Origin: a virus
Virus genome (UHGV): UHGV-1353888
Length of the DNA stretch: 64,000 nt
Direction: 5' to 3' (one strand)
In this document: positions 28,586 to 39,233 of the stretch, piece after piece
Layout of the letters: each line of letters opens with the position of its first letter
How positions within the stretch are numbered: the stretch's first letter is position 1
The notes under the pieces: generated by a model
Told to the model about the DNA's origin: nothing
Databases searched by the model: none
What the model saw: the letters and a program-made list of their open reading frames with translations, nothing else
Made by a program: the position numbers and the translations under genes

Positions 28586-31500
28586 ATGGTACAAAAAGGG
28601 CACAGTCTTTACGGGCTGTGTCCTTTTCTCTTTACAAGAGAGGGATTAACCAACATACTATACGCATCTATGCCAAATGACACTAACCAAGAACCCTTGA
28701 CTTATAGGAGTTTCGGACCCAAGAATCCGCAAACTGAATACTATAAGCAGTTGAGGCGAGAACAAAGCCAGACTAGATGGCAGGAAGGAAGACAGGAGAG
28801 AGCGCAGGAAGCCCAGCAGACTCCTCTTTCGGAGGAAGCCAAGTTTCTTGATACACTCAACAAGATCTTCAAACAGGAAGAGGAGGCCAGCTATACTCAG
28901 GAACAGCGAGCCTATACTCAGGAACAAAGGGCTATCTCTGCTGAGGATAGAGGAATCCGTAAGAAAGAAAAGGAGGATTCCAAGAAAGAGAAACAGGCTT
29001 CGAAGCGAGACAAGCAAATCAGAGACTGGCTTTCTGGTATCAATACCCGTACACCTGGAAAGTCTTTGGGCTTTTCTACAGAGGCGGAGTATGAAGACTA
29101 CCTCACCAAAACTAAGCCTGAAACCCTCGTAGACATTACCAAGTTCAAGGCCAACGACCCCGAAGAAATCAGGCGCGCCCGCTCTGCTGTTGAAGAGATG
29201 GGAGCCTCCCTTGTTCTTAGTGGGGAACATCCTCAAGTGGCCGAAGGTTCTTTCCGTAGTCTGGAACCGCAGGATAAAGCCAACAGGCTTCTTTCCAAAT
29301 CCAAGTACGGACTCACCAAAACCGAAGATGGTTCTTATGTGGTAGACGAACGCTTCCTTGCTAGAGTTAATGACCCCTCCACCGCTGGCATGAGGAACGA
29401 GAATATCGCTCGTGCCATTGTAAACAATCTTAAATCCATTATTTCCAAGGAAGATGAAAGAGGCCGCAGTGATTACCTTATCCCCGACGTTGAAGAAGTT
29501 ACCAACCTCGTCAGAAACGCACGAGCAAAGAACAGGGAAACCTACCAAGAGTACGAAAAAATCAGGGAGAGATTCGCAGTACCAAAGGGTGAAGAAGAAC
29601 AAAAGGCTGTAGCCCCTGAAAAGGTGGGGGAGCAAAATGGTGGAGACTCTTCTAGGACTCAACCTACTCTGGTGCAACATGTGCTGAGTGAGGTTGACAG
29701 GTTCTTCACCGTCAACCCGGAAGCTATGGAGTACCTCAACACTCTTGGTGCCAAGACGGATGAGGAAATTCCCGGAGCTATCGAAGACCAAAAGTTTAGA
29801 GAGCAAGCCCGTAGGGGTATTGAACTCAAGGACCAACTGGCTCGTGCTATCTCCGAAGCCAACCCCGCCATCGACCTGAGAACCGTTCGAAATGAACTAG
29901 ACGACGATGCGCTCCTGTACAGGGAAGCGGTCAGCCAGTTCTATGGTGGAGAGATTCCCGAAGAAGTTTCCTCTGCTATCCTCAATCGAACCACACAACT
30001 CGCCCAGCAGAGGCAAGCCCTTGTGGCCAGCGACTATGCCAAGGCCGAGAAGGATGCTATCGCTGAACACCTCAAGTCTCTTGGCTTGGATGAAGGGGTA
30101 GCCCTTAGCATGGGTATATCTGGATTAACCAATCGCCATATCGCTGAGAGTGATACGGGGATGGGTACGATGCGTAGTGCCGTGAACGAAGCACTTCAAC
30201 AGTATCAGTCAGGTGCGGGACAGCTTGCCGCATCCATGAGCTTCGGTGAACAGAAAGGCTATCGAGACCCCCTCTCCCACATGCAGTGGGTGAACATCGG
30301 GGATGGCAAGATGGCTTATGCTTTCGTTGACCCCGGCACAAATGAACGTGTCGGGAATGGGTTCATTGTAGACTTTGGTAACGTAGACCAGCAAGCCAAG
30401 GCTCTTGGTGTTAGTAGGGAAGCCTACCTTGACAACCTCGCTCTTCCCTTCAAGATGGGCAACCTGAACGCAACGGACGAAGCGAACTCCTTGTTCGCTT
30501 GGGACAAGTTGAACGGTAAGCTCGTTGAGAACGCTACGGCGGAAAGCACAGGGGGTCTTGCCTACTACGACAATGACCTTATTGAACGAAGTGTCCTTCG
30601 TGCAGTTGAAGCTGGGGCCCCTGCTGAGGTGGTAGATAAGTACCGGGAGAACCTTCTCCAACTCCAGAAGCAGAATGCCAAGGATATGATTGACCAGATG
30701 CTCGGGCAGTATGAAGCTGTAGCTAATCTTGTGGCTTCTGATAGCAAGACTCTGGACACTCTGTTCCCCGGAATCCGTCTCGCAATGAAGGCAATGCACA
30801 ATGACTTCCGGGATTACTATGCAGAGAACAAGGGAAAGATGACCAACGAGGAAATCATTTCTTCCTTCCTTGCTGACGAGCAGAACCGACAGGGCTTCCT
30901 TGCCATCACTATGGCGGGAGCTAAGACCGTAGCCCGTTACAAGGCCGCGGCTATTGGTGCTTCCCAGTTCGTGAGTGAAGGCTCTCGTATCATAGGCCTT
31001 GGAACCGGAGACCCCGCTAAGTACAACAACATGTGGGAGAACCTTCACAAGGAGGAGCAGGCCATTAACACCATCACTACCCGTGCTGGTGGGGTTGCTG
31101 AATGGGGTGCTGAAATTGGGAACGTCCTGTTGCAGACTGCAGAGACCACAACCACTGGTGGTATCGGTGGGGTTAGCGGAAGAGTTGGTACTATGACTGG
31201 TAGGCTTGCCAAATTATTTGGTGAAGCTGTTGCCCTCAAGGCCGCTACTCCCGGAACCATGCGTCTCGGTCAGGTAATCACGAAGCTCGGTGGCGGGGTT
31301 GAACGTCTGGTCTCCGGACCCGGCAAGTCCGCCCTCACTCAGGCTTCCTCCCGTGGTTCCAGTCTGGCTATCTCTGCCAAGCTCTTCACGGATGCCGCGG
31401 CTCCTACCTTCGGGGAAGTGTCCAACGCAACCTACAATGAAGAGATGGCACGGCTCGCCAAGGACCCGGAAACATCGGGTCTTTCCGAAGCCATCCGTAT

Positions 31501-34500
31501 GGAGATGGCACAGAACGTCGCCACCACCAAGGGAAGTATTGCGGGTATCGGATATGGTATCTTCTCTACTATCCTCAACAACCGCGCTGGTTTCAACCGC
31601 ATGATTCGTAAGGCCACGGGTGCTACCACCAAGGCCCCCGGTGTTTTCGGAAAGCTGGAAAGCTCTCTTGAAGGACCCGGCATCTTCAACCTCAAGGGTC
31701 TTCCTGGGAAGGAAAAGGCTATCTCCATTGCTAAACAAGTTGGTCGTCTCTCCGCCTCCGCCGTTGAAGGTGGCACGGAAGAACTGGCTGATGAAGCTTT
31801 GCAGTGGGCATGGCAGACCCTTACTCAGCATGGAGAAATCCGTGAAGAAGATATTGCCAGCGAGCGGGATGTATGGAATGCCGCCAGCAAGATTTTCATC
31901 CTCGGTGCAATCGGGGGTGAAGTCGGCCACGGGATTCAGGCCATGACTGCCCTGCCTCCGGAAGCTTCCAACCGAAGAGACCAAGCCATCCAGGCTCAGA
32001 CTCTCTACGGAGAAGCCATGAGGAATGCCCTGGATAGCGACGTGGAAGGTGCCAACACTACTCTGATTGAAGCATTGAAGGAAGGTCTTGACAAGAGTTC
32101 TGCCCTTGCTGATGCCGCCATCACGAGTAAGGAAGCCGCCATGTCGGTCGCCCGTAACGGGAACATCCAAGCTGACGAGAATGTCATCAACGAATGGTCC
32201 TCCATGATTAGCCAGTTGCCGGACGGCACTAGTGTTCAACTCAATAACTTCTCTGCTGAATACAGCAGGTTGAATAGGATTGGGGATGAAGCAGGTGCGG
32301 CTTCCCTGCATCAGGCTTTTGTTGAGGACATCGCGGCGAGCGATACCCTTACGGACACCCAGCGTCAGATTGCGGGGGAACTTATCCTACAGCTTACGCA
32401 GGGTACTCCCACCGCTGAGTTCGTGGAAGATGTTTCTACTCAGGTAGTTCTTCCAGAAGGCATTGAAGAGTTGGCCGCAGTTGAAGTAGAAGAAGCCCCC
32501 GCCCCGGTAACGGAAGAACTGAAGCCAGAGGGAGACCTTGTTGAGCAGGAGGTTGAGGAAGAAGTTGTTCAGATTGGGGAACGCGACTACGGGTATAATG
32601 CCCCGAACCCGGTTCCCTTTGTTCAGATGCTTTCCGATTGGTATACCAGTGAGACTCCCATTACCCCTGAGATTCGTGGGGAAATGAACGCCCTGCTTAC
32701 TGACCTTGAGCTTGAAGACCCGGACATCTATGACTTCATCACTGATGGTAAGGAAGATGTGGACCGTGCCACGGTTCGCCGACTTCTCACCGTGGCTAAC
32801 ATGACGGGACCCGATGGCCCCCTCGCTGTTGATATGAAGGGGAACACTGAAATTCAGAAGGGGAATGCCCTGCTGACGGACAAGACGGTATGGAGCAAGT
32901 ATGACAAGGATGTCGAGATACAGGATTCCAACTGGGCCGCAGATGTGTTTAATATGGTGGGCGAAGGAATGCAACCTATTCAAAACGTGCTCGACGATGT
33001 TCTCAATACTGTTCAGGATGAAAGAACCCGGAACAATATTAAAGACATTGTAGAGTTCCTTGAGGAACGTGGAGTTCCGGTGAGCGTGGCTACCATTCAG
33101 GGGGACAGCAACATTGCTGGTCTCACGATGATGGACCCGTCCTCTCCAGAACAGCATATCGCTCTGAACTTTAGCGCGAAGAATGTAAAATCCTCCCCTG
33201 CTGATGTCCTGCTCCACGAACTAACTCACGTTCTGGACAACCATCTGAGGGAGACAGACCCCCTGTATGCAGAACGCGTAGCAAGCATCGAAGAAATTGT
33301 CCGCTCCAACTGGGCCAACATCCAGAAGGAAGCGGAACGGGTGGCTCGCACTGCTGTAACTGAGGAGGAGCAGGCTGAGATTGACCAGTTCATTGCTGAG
33401 ATGGAACAGGCTTTGTTCAATAAGCAGACTGAGTTCGAGGGTGGACGTGAGTTCCTTCCTAATGTAATTACCAACCCCATCATGGGAGAGGTGATTGCAC
33501 AAGGCAATCTCCCGTTTGACCAAGCTCTCGACCAGTGGGCCTCCCCCAACAACCTTGCTCGAATCTCTCAGATTGGCAGAGGCAAGGTGAGCAGGATTGT
33601 TCATAACCTCATTAATGCTGTGTCCTCCATCCTCAAGGGTGCCCAGGTTGTTGAAGGGAAAGTTAATCCCAACGCCGCGGTTATTCGTGTGGAAGAAGGA
33701 ACCCTGGCTGACCCGACAAGGATGAAGATTGTTTCTCCGAAGCTGGCTGAATACAAGCCGGGAGTTGAAGACGAGAACGTATTCATTACGGACCGCGGCG
33801 TTGATGCCGCCCTCTTCTCGTCCTCTGAGAACTTTGTCGGAGCAGGGAAGAGACTATTCCGGACGGCGAATGTCAAGGGTGGATTCACCGCTGACAAACG
33901 TACTGGGAAAAAGGTTAAGGAATTCGCTGGTAACTTCCAGACTTACGTTAATGAACTTGTCGCACGAAACGAACGAACCAAGCGATATGTAACTCAGCAA
34001 ACGAAGGGAATGGAAGACTCCGAACGGGCTACCGTCATCAACTCCATCGTGAACTACACGGGCGATTTGGGCAACACGCTCGACCCGAAGGTTACTCGCC
34101 GTATCTTTGCGGAGACTAACAACAAGGTCGAACAAGCCAGGGTGGCCAGGGAGGCTGAGGTGGACGCGGCGAACAATGAGTACGCCAAGTTCATTGCGGA
34201 CCGGAGGAAGGCTATCATCCAGGCGGAGGCCAGGGTGAACGCCCTTGCCGGGACTCAAGCATTGCAGAATGTTGGAGTAGCTATTACCCAAGCTGTTCAG
34301 GTAGCTAAGGAAGTCCCCCAGGTGGACGAGAAGAACCCGATGGCTGTAGCCGCGGCTCGTTTCAGGAAGGCTCAGGAAGAACTCAACCCCGTGATGAAAG
34401 AGATTTACAGCACGTTGGACGAGGATGCTAAGGCCGAAATGAACGAAGCGTATGATAAGACCATGAAGGCCATTGCGGAAGACTTGGCTCAGGACTTCGA

Positions 34501-37500
34501 CAACCCTGCTGAAATCGTACCGGGCCTTCTCAGTATCGGTGGGCTTCAAAACGTTCCCAGTGTGGACGACTTGTCCGCAATGTTCACTTCGGTCATCAAG
34601 GCCAACAGGCTTGGATGGTTGAAGAAGGATGCCGATGCTGTGCGTGCCGCCAAGGATATAACCATAGCCCAGCAAGCCCGTAGAGAGCGCATAGCCCAAG
34701 CCGAAAAGAACTACCAGACGAAGGTAGGACGAGGAGGCATGAAGAATGGGGTATGGACTTCTCCTGGAACGGTATGGCTTGAGCGTGATGCGGCATTGAC
34801 TGCGGAGAAGAACCGGATGGAAACGGTATACGCCATGAAGAGAAATGAAGCCCGTAAGGAACTTCTCAAATATCCTTTTGGTGCCCGCCTGCTCAATGTG
34901 CTGGATGACAACCGAAGAGCTATTGCTACCATGGAAGCTAACCTGATGCACCGCCGCGGAGCCATTGGCCTCGGAACAAAGGTGAGGGACTTTACCTACC
35001 TTTCCCGAACGTTTGCCGCGGTAGGCAAGGAGTCCATCAACTTCCGTAAGGCTATGATGGAACTACTGGACAGCAACGGCGAAGTGAAGCCGGAGTTTAC
35101 CCACCTTGTAGGTATCCTAAACAATGCAATCCAAAGCTACATGAGAGAAAACATCTCCCGTTACAACCAGGGTATTTCAGAAACCCTCGACAACATGCTT
35201 GCTATGAGCAAGGTGGCTGATGAACTTGGTCTGGACGGTAGTGAATACCTTGGCTTCAAGGGGAAGGACGTATGGAAGAATGTAAGTGAATACCTGACGA
35301 AGGACCCGGCCCTGGCTGAGAGTGCTCTGAACACAATCAACAATGGTCACTGGAACGAGATTGCCAAGATGAAGGATGGCTCGGTTGAACTCCGTCTCAT
35401 TATCAACAAGGCGAGCCAGCTAGATAACCTGCTCGCCTCTGCTGATGGTGGGGAGAAGAGCCGACTCCGTAGCAAGATGCGTAAGGCGAAGGCAGACCTG
35501 ATGAACAAGGCGGCGGAAGACTATGTGCTTTCCAGTATGGGAGTAACCGATACTGACCTCCGCTCCTTCCTCCTCGGTCTAAATTCTCCGGAACAAATCA
35601 CGGAAGCATTCAAATCAACTCCTTACCTGGACTCAAGCGTAATCTCCAACCTGATGGGAACGGACGAAAACCTCCGAACCCGCATCAGCAACACCTTGGA
35701 TTATGTGAGAAAGTCCACCGCTATTGAAATGCAGAAGCAGGGGGTAAACCTGACCGCTAACCAGCGGGACATGTCCCTTCTTGCTGATGGTGAAGTAGCG
35801 GATGCCCTGATAGCTACCGCTCGGAATGTGTTCAAGGAGACCCTATCCAAGGAGCGTAACGAAGAAAACATCTTCGCCAATCGTAAGAACCTGATGGATA
35901 GTGAACTTCAAATTCTTGGAGTTCGCGGATTCAGCAATCTCACGGATGCCTTCGGTGTTATTCAAAACACCCTGTCCTCCCAGGGCAGAGCCTATGTCAA
36001 CCAAGTAATTACGCATGACGTAGCAAGGAGCCTTGAGAGGCACGGGGTTGTTACCGGGGAGAGGACGAAGGAGAATACTCACCTTCTGGAATTCCAGAAC
36101 AAGGCCAACCCGCTGAACGGAATGTACGCAGAAAGGGACATCGCCCTTGTCCTCTACCAAGCCATGCGACCTGACGAAGCAATTATGCGGGGTAAGGAAT
36201 TTGGGAAGAAGTTACAGAGCCATTGGGGTAACAACTGGGGAATGCTGAGAAGCATCGGTGGATTTGTTTCCATGCTGACCCTGGTCCGTACTCCCTCCGC
36301 TACCCTCCGTAACATGGCGGGGACCGTGGGGCAAAGCCTGAACGCAGGTGCTCTCCCGTTTGACAAGGGGGTTATCAAGGGATATGGAGAAGTGTACCAG
36401 CTTGCCCAGGACTTCGTTGTTGCGAACATCCTAAGTTCCGCGGGTTCCGTTGGTGTGAGAGGTGCAGTGAACAGTGAGATTATGGCGAACGCTGAGAAGC
36501 GATTCAACCAGTCCATGCAGAGGTATCGTGACCTGGGCCTGCTCGACGCGGGCGCGGCGAACTTCATGAAGGAACAGTGGAAGCAGGGGCTTAATGAAAT
36601 GAGCCAGAAAGAGGGCAGTGAAATCAGCTTGCCCGACGAGGACGCAATGTTCTCTTCGCTCGTATCGGAACTAGGAGACCGGAGCACTGCAAAGAAAGCG
36701 ATGGACCTCGCCAAGCGCATTGCGTATGGTACGTTCGTTTCGCCTATGAGCGTTGCCGCTTCTGCTTACTCCGTCCCTGACGTTATCGCCAAGATAATCC
36801 TCTTCAATGGGGAGAGCCACAAGGTAAGCAAGGTAGTGAAAGCTGAGCTCGCACAAGCTGAGAAGCTGAGTAGAGCAGGGAAGGAAGACAAGCTGACAAG
36901 CTACATGAAGGACGCTTTGGCCGCTAAGAAGGAGGGGACTCTTACTTCCTACATTGAACGTAGGGCGGCGGACAGGACGAAGAACCTTCTTCCCACGGGT
37001 GCAAGAACTCCTGACTGGGTGAATAAGGTAAGCATCTTTGGGATGCCCTTCTTCTCCTTCATGTACCACACTTGGCAGAGTGTCCCTTACAGCATTGGCT
37101 ATGGGATGGAAGAACTTCGCGCCGCAAGGTTTGCAACCAATACGGCAGATAAAGTCTCCCTCTACATGGATGCCACCCAAAAGTTTGGGGGGGCTATCCT
37201 GGGCCAGTATGCTATGATGGAACTGATGCGGTTTGCCCTTCCGATTGTTACTCAAGCAATCATGGGTATGGTCACGGGTGATGACGAAGAAGACAAGATG
37301 CAGATGCTCGAAGCAAGTTCGTTTACCCGTTGGCTTGCACGGAATGCTGGACTCTCCGCGGACTACGACCAGAACGGAGAACTCTTTTTCTGGTTTGACA
37401 AGGATAATGAAACCTTCATAGTCCAGGATGGTCAGTACCTTCTGCCCTATAAGAGCCTTGGTGAAACCCTGGGTGCTATTATCAACCTTGCTGGATTGAA

Positions 37501-38440
37501 TCCTTTCTCTGACAAGAGTGAGGCTAACCAATTCGAGGATGACTACACCGCCCAGCTTCTGGATTATGTTCAGAGCACGGCTGGCTCTCCCTCCATGTGG
37601 ATTCAAATGCTCATTGATATGGGTTCAAAGGAACCCCGTCAAAGCGCAGACCTGAAACAACTGGGTGGGGTATCAGCAATCCCGGAAGCCTTTGGGAATG
37701 CCCTGCTCATGAGCTTAGGACTCCGCCCTTCTGCTGAACTTGCGGGCGGTAGGACGCTCGACTGGATGGAAAGGATAGCCACGACTGTAAAGGATAACCT
37801 CCCCCTATGGCCTACTCTGGTTCAGGGGGTGCAGACCTGGACAGGAATGAACCCGGATAGTGAAAAGGCAGGGTGGTTGTTGAAGAACCTTGGCTTCGGT
37901 GTTCGTCGCCCCAAGAATATTAATGATGTCCTCCGGGACAGTCTTGCTAAAGGTAACAAGGACCTCTCCAATTCGTTGAAGAACCAGCGCATCATGGATA
38001 CCAACCTTTACACGGCTGACCTTAGCGATGCAGAGTATGACAAGATTATCGAGGCTGATAAGGCTATGGTAATTGAGCAGAGTATTTCCCTCGCTAATAG
38101 GTTCCTGGCGTTGAAGGGGTTCCTCAAGGGGATGGGAGTCAAGGACGTTGACACGGTTCTTGAAGCATCTGCTCAGGAAGCGGGCATATCGTTGAAGGCT
38201 ATGGATGACCTTATCTCTGGCCGGGCCAAAGACTTCATCTCTAACCAGAGGTTTGACAAGATTGAAGAGACGAGAGACCGCTTGCTTAACAGGCCCGGTA
38301 TCACTCCGGAAGCTAAGAAAGCCATCCTCCGCCAGTTCCAACAAGCTGAGAAGGTGTATGACATCGACGCAGTAGATATTACTTCCAGCTTGATTGAGCC
38401 GGATAATGTGGAGCAGGAGGTGAAGAGCCAGAAGAGATAG
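28586..38440 (+). CDS. Giant virion-type protein (3284 aa) with one HExxH zincin-like motif
   Basis: Uninterrupted 9.85-kb ORF. Motif VLLHELTHVLDNH at about 33220. The N-terminus is Lys/Glu-rich. No DxDGD two-barrel RNA-polymerase motif was found by eye. Confidence 0.55.
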   Translation: MVQKGHSLYGLCPFLFTREGLTNILYASMPNDTNQEPLTYRSFGPKNPQTEYYKQLRREQSQTRWQEGRQERAQEAQQTPLSEEAKFLDTLNKIFKQEEEASYTQEQRAYTQEQRAISAEDRGIRKKEKEDSKKEKQASKRDKQIRDWLSGINTRTPGKSLGFSTEAEYEDYLTKTKPETLVDITKFKANDPEEIRRARSAVEEMGASLVLSGEHPQVAEGSFRSLEPQDKANRLLSKSKYGLTKTEDGSYVVDERFLARVNDPSTAGMRNENIARAIVNNLKSIISKEDERGRSDYLIPDVEEVTNLVRNARAKNRETYQEYEKIRERFAVPKGEEEQKAVAPEKVGEQNGGDSSRTQPTLVQHVLSEVDRFFTVNPEAMEYLNTLGAKTDEEIPGAIEDQKFREQARRGIELKDQLARAISEANPAIDLRTVRNELDDDALLYREAVSQFYGGEIPEEVSSAILNRTTQLAQQRQALVASDYAKAEKDAIAEHLKSLGLDEGVALSMGISGLTNRHIAESDTGMGTMRSAVNEALQQYQSGAGQLAASMSFGEQKGYRDPLSHMQWVNIGDGKMAYAFVDPGTNERVGNGFIVDFGNVDQQAKALGVSREAYLDNLALPFKMGNLNATDEANSLFAWDKLNGKLVENATAESTGGLAYYDNDLIERSVLRAVEAGAPAEVVDKYRENLLQLQKQNAKDMIDQMLGQYEAVANLVASDSKTLDTLFPGIRLAMKAMHNDFRDYYAENKGKMTNEEIISSFLADEQNRQGFLAITMAGAKTVARYKAAAIGASQFVSEGSRIIGLGTGDPAKYNNMWENLHKEEQAINTITTRAGGVAEWGAEIGNVLLQTAETTTTGGIGGVSGRVGTMTGRLAKLFGEAVALKAATPGTMRLGQVITKLGGGVERLVSGPGKSALTQASSRGSSLAISAKLFTDAAAPTFGEVSNATYNEEMARLAKDPETSGLSEAIRMEMAQNVATTKGSIAGIGYGIFSTILNNRAGFNRMIRKATGATTKAPGVFGKLESSLEGPGIFNLKGLPGKEKAISIAKQVGRLSASAVEGGTEELADEALQWAWQTLTQHGEIREEDIASERDVWNAASKIFILGAIGGEVGHGIQAMTALPPEASNRRDQAIQAQTLYGEAMRNALDSDVEGANTTLIEALKEGLDKSSALADAAITSKEAAMSVARNGNIQADENVINEWSSMISQLPDGTSVQLNNFSAEYSRLNRIGDEAGAASLHQAFVEDIAASDTLTDTQRQIAGELILQLTQGTPTAEFVEDVSTQVVLPEGIEELAAVEVEEAPAPVTEELKPEGDLVEQEVEEEVVQIGERDYGYNAPNPVPFVQMLSDWYTSETPITPEIRGEMNALLTDLELEDPDIYDFITDGKEDVDRATVRRLLTVANMTGPDGPLAVDMKGNTEIQKGNALLTDKTVWSKYDKDVEIQDSNWAADVFNMVGEGMQPIQNVLDDVLNTVQDERTRNNIKDIVEFLEERGVPVSVATIQGDSNIAGLTMMDPSSPEQHIALNFSAKNVKSSPADVLLHELTHVLDNHLRETDPLYAERVASIEEIVRSNWANIQKEAERVARTAVTEEEQAEIDQFIAEMEQALFNKQTEFEGGREFLPNVITNPIMGEVIAQGNLPFDQALDQWASPNNLARISQIGRGKVSRIVHNLINAVSSILKGAQVVEGKVNPNAAVIRVEEGTLADPTRMKIVSPKLAEYKPGVEDENVFITDRGVDAALFSSSENFVGAGKRLFRTANVKGGFTADKRTGKKVKEFAGNFQTYVNELVARNERTKRYVTQQTKGMEDSERATVINSIVNYTGDLGNTLDPKVTRRIFAETNNKVEQARVAREAEVDAANNEYAKFIADRRKAIIQAEARVNALAGTQALQNVGVAITQAVQVAKEVPQVDEKNPMAVAAARFRKAQEELNPVMKEIYSTLDEDAKAEMNEAYDKTMKAIAEDLAQDFDNPAEIVPGLLSIGGLQNVPSVDDLSAMFTSVIKANRLGWLKKDADAVRAAKDITIAQQARRERIAQAEKNYQTKVGRGGMKNGVWTSPGTVWLERDAALTAEKNRMETVYAMKRNEARKELLKYPFGARLLNVLDDNRRAIATMEANLMHRRGAIGLGTKVRDFTYLSRTFAAVGKESINFRKAMMELLDSNGEVKPEFTHLVGILNNAIQSYMRENISRYNQGISETLDNMLAMSKVADELGLDGSEYLGFKGKDVWKNVSEYLTKDPALAESALNTINNGHWNEIAKMKDGSVELRLIINKASQLDNLLASADGGEKSRLRSKMRKAKADLMNKAAEDYVLSSMGVTDTDLRSFLLGLNSPEQITEAFKSTPYLDSSVISNLMGTDENLRTRISNTLDYVRKSTAIEMQKQGVNLTANQRDMSLLADGEVADALIATARNVFKETLSKERNEENIFANRKNLMDSELQILGVRGFSNLTDAFGVIQNTLSSQGRAYVNQVITHDVARSLERHGVVTGERTKENTHLLEFQNKANPLNGMYAERDIALVLYQAMRPDEAIMRGKEFGKKLQSHWGNNWGMLRSIGGFVSMLTLVRTPSATLRNMAGTVGQSLNAGALPFDKGVIKGYGEVYQLAQDFVVANILSSAGSVGVRGAVNSEIMANAEKRFNQSMQRYRDLGLLDAGAANFMKEQWKQGLNEMSQKEGSEISLPDEDAMFSSLVSELGDRSTAKKAMDLAKRIAYGTFVSPMSVAASAYSVPDVIAKIILFNGESHKVSKVVKAELAQAEKLSRAGKEDKLTSYMKDALAAKKEGTLTSYIERRAADRTKNLLPTGARTPDWVNKVSIFGMPFFSFMYHTWQSVPYSIGYGMEELRAARFATNTADKVSLYMDATQKFGGAILGQYAMMELMRFALPIVTQAIMGMVTGDDEEDKMQMLEASSFTRWLARNAGLSADYDQNGELFFWFDKDNETFIVQDGQYLLPYKSLGETLGAIINLAGLNPFSDKSEANQFEDDYTAQLLDYVQSTAGSPSMWIQMLIDMGSKEPRQSADLKQLGGVSAIPEAFGNALLMSLGLRPSAELAGGRTLDWMERIATTVKDNLPLWPTLVQGVQTWTGMNPDSEKAGWLLKNLGFGVRRPKNINDVLRDSLAKGNKDLSNSLKNQRIMDTNLYTADLSDAEYDKIIEADKAMVIEQSISLANRFLALKGFLKGMGVKDVDTVLEASAQEAGISLKAMDDLISGRAKDFISNQRFDKIEETRDRLLNRPGITPEAKKAILRQFQQAEKVYDIDAVDITSSLIEPDNVEQEVKSQKR

Positions 38441-38468
38441 TAAATAAAACACAGGCATAGAACAGAAT

Positions 38469-38506
38469 ACCCCCTTGACCTTCGCGGGTTAAGGGGGTAT
38501 ATTTTA
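38469..38506 (+). terminator. Hairpin terminator after the giant gene
   Basis: ACCCCCTT ...14-nt loop... AAGGGGGT, then ATATTTTAT. Confidence 0.45.
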
Positions 38507-38509
38507 TCC

Positions 38510-39115
38510 ATGAAGAAACTCAAACAACACTACGGCACTATCCCCCCTGGGGGTTGGTCATTCACCATACCGCTCGAAATGAGCGAAGTGCTCGTAGGGA
38601 CCAAGATGATTGCTCCGACCTTGTGGCAGTTGAAGGACGAATTGAACAAGCTGTTCATCCGTAATCAGGAAAGCTTTAATGAAACCCTGTTTGAACAGTT
38701 CATGTGCAGGGATTTGCCGGAGGACTGGTGTGAAACGTGTGGAGATGAAGGGGACCCGTGGATGGAAGAGAGACCCTTCGATGCGAAGAAGATTGCCGCC
38801 TTCTTTATTACCCTGCTCAGATGGCTACGCAATGGGAAGAAGTTTGTGAGCAAGGAGGAAGCCCAGCGGAGGTATTCGAAGTGCCTGTCCTGTCCGTTTA
38901 GTACACGGGATGTCCCACCGAGTCTTCGCCTGGAAGGGTGCAAGAGTTGCGAGGTGGAGAAGGCCGCGAGGGGAACCATCCTGGAAGCGACGAAGAAGTA
39001 TGGTTCCGTGGACGAGGGAGAGGAGGAACAGGGATTGTCTCCCCTCTATTGCAAGGTATGTGGATGCGAGTTAAGAGCCAAAGTCTGGTTTGATATACAG
39101 ACCAAGTGTTGGTAA
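38510..39115 (+). CDS. Cys-rich putative zinc-binding protein
   Basis: 201 aa with CETCGDEGD, CLSCPF, CKSCE and CKVCGCE pairs. Confidence 0.45.
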   Translation: MKKLKQHYGTIPPGGWSFTIPLEMSEVLVGTKMIAPTLWQLKDELNKLFIRNQESFNETLFEQFMCRDLPEDWCETCGDEGDPWMEERPFDAKKIAAFFITLLRWLRNGKKFVSKEEAQRRYSKCLSCPFSTRDVPPSLRLEGCKSCEVEKAARGTILEATKKYGSVDEGEEEQGLSPLYCKVCGCELRAKVWFDIQTKCW

Positions 39116-39125
39116 GAACAAATAC

Positions 39126-39169
39126 AAAAAGCCCCGAAGAGAACTGGAAAAACTCTTCGGGGCTTTTTG
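39126..39169. terminator. Bidirectional rho-independent terminator between the convergent + and - blocks
   Basis: Perfect 13-bp stem AAGCCCCGAAGAG/CTCTTCGGGGCTT, flanked by A-tract ACAAAAA upstream and T-tract TTTTT downstream. Convergent genes end on both sides. Confidence 0.65.
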
Positions 39170-39233
39170 ATTGACAACAATAAGTGAGGGGGCGTAACCC
39201 TCTTGACATGTTGAATATACTATATAGGGAGGA

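Noticed and set aside
28586-38440. Virion RNA polymerase assignment for the giant protein
   Set aside because: No DxDGD or NADFDGD catalytic motif was found on visual scan, so the RNAP call was not made. A remote homology search could still reveal one.
39190-39225. T7-promoter-like string ATATACTATATAGGGAGG and sigma-70-like TTGACA boxes
   Set aside because: The T7-like match is only partial and has an extra TA. No single-subunit T7-type RNAP gene is apparent in this window. The TTGACA/TATAAT-like boxes at 16437, 9197 and 57150-57200 have non-canonical spacing.
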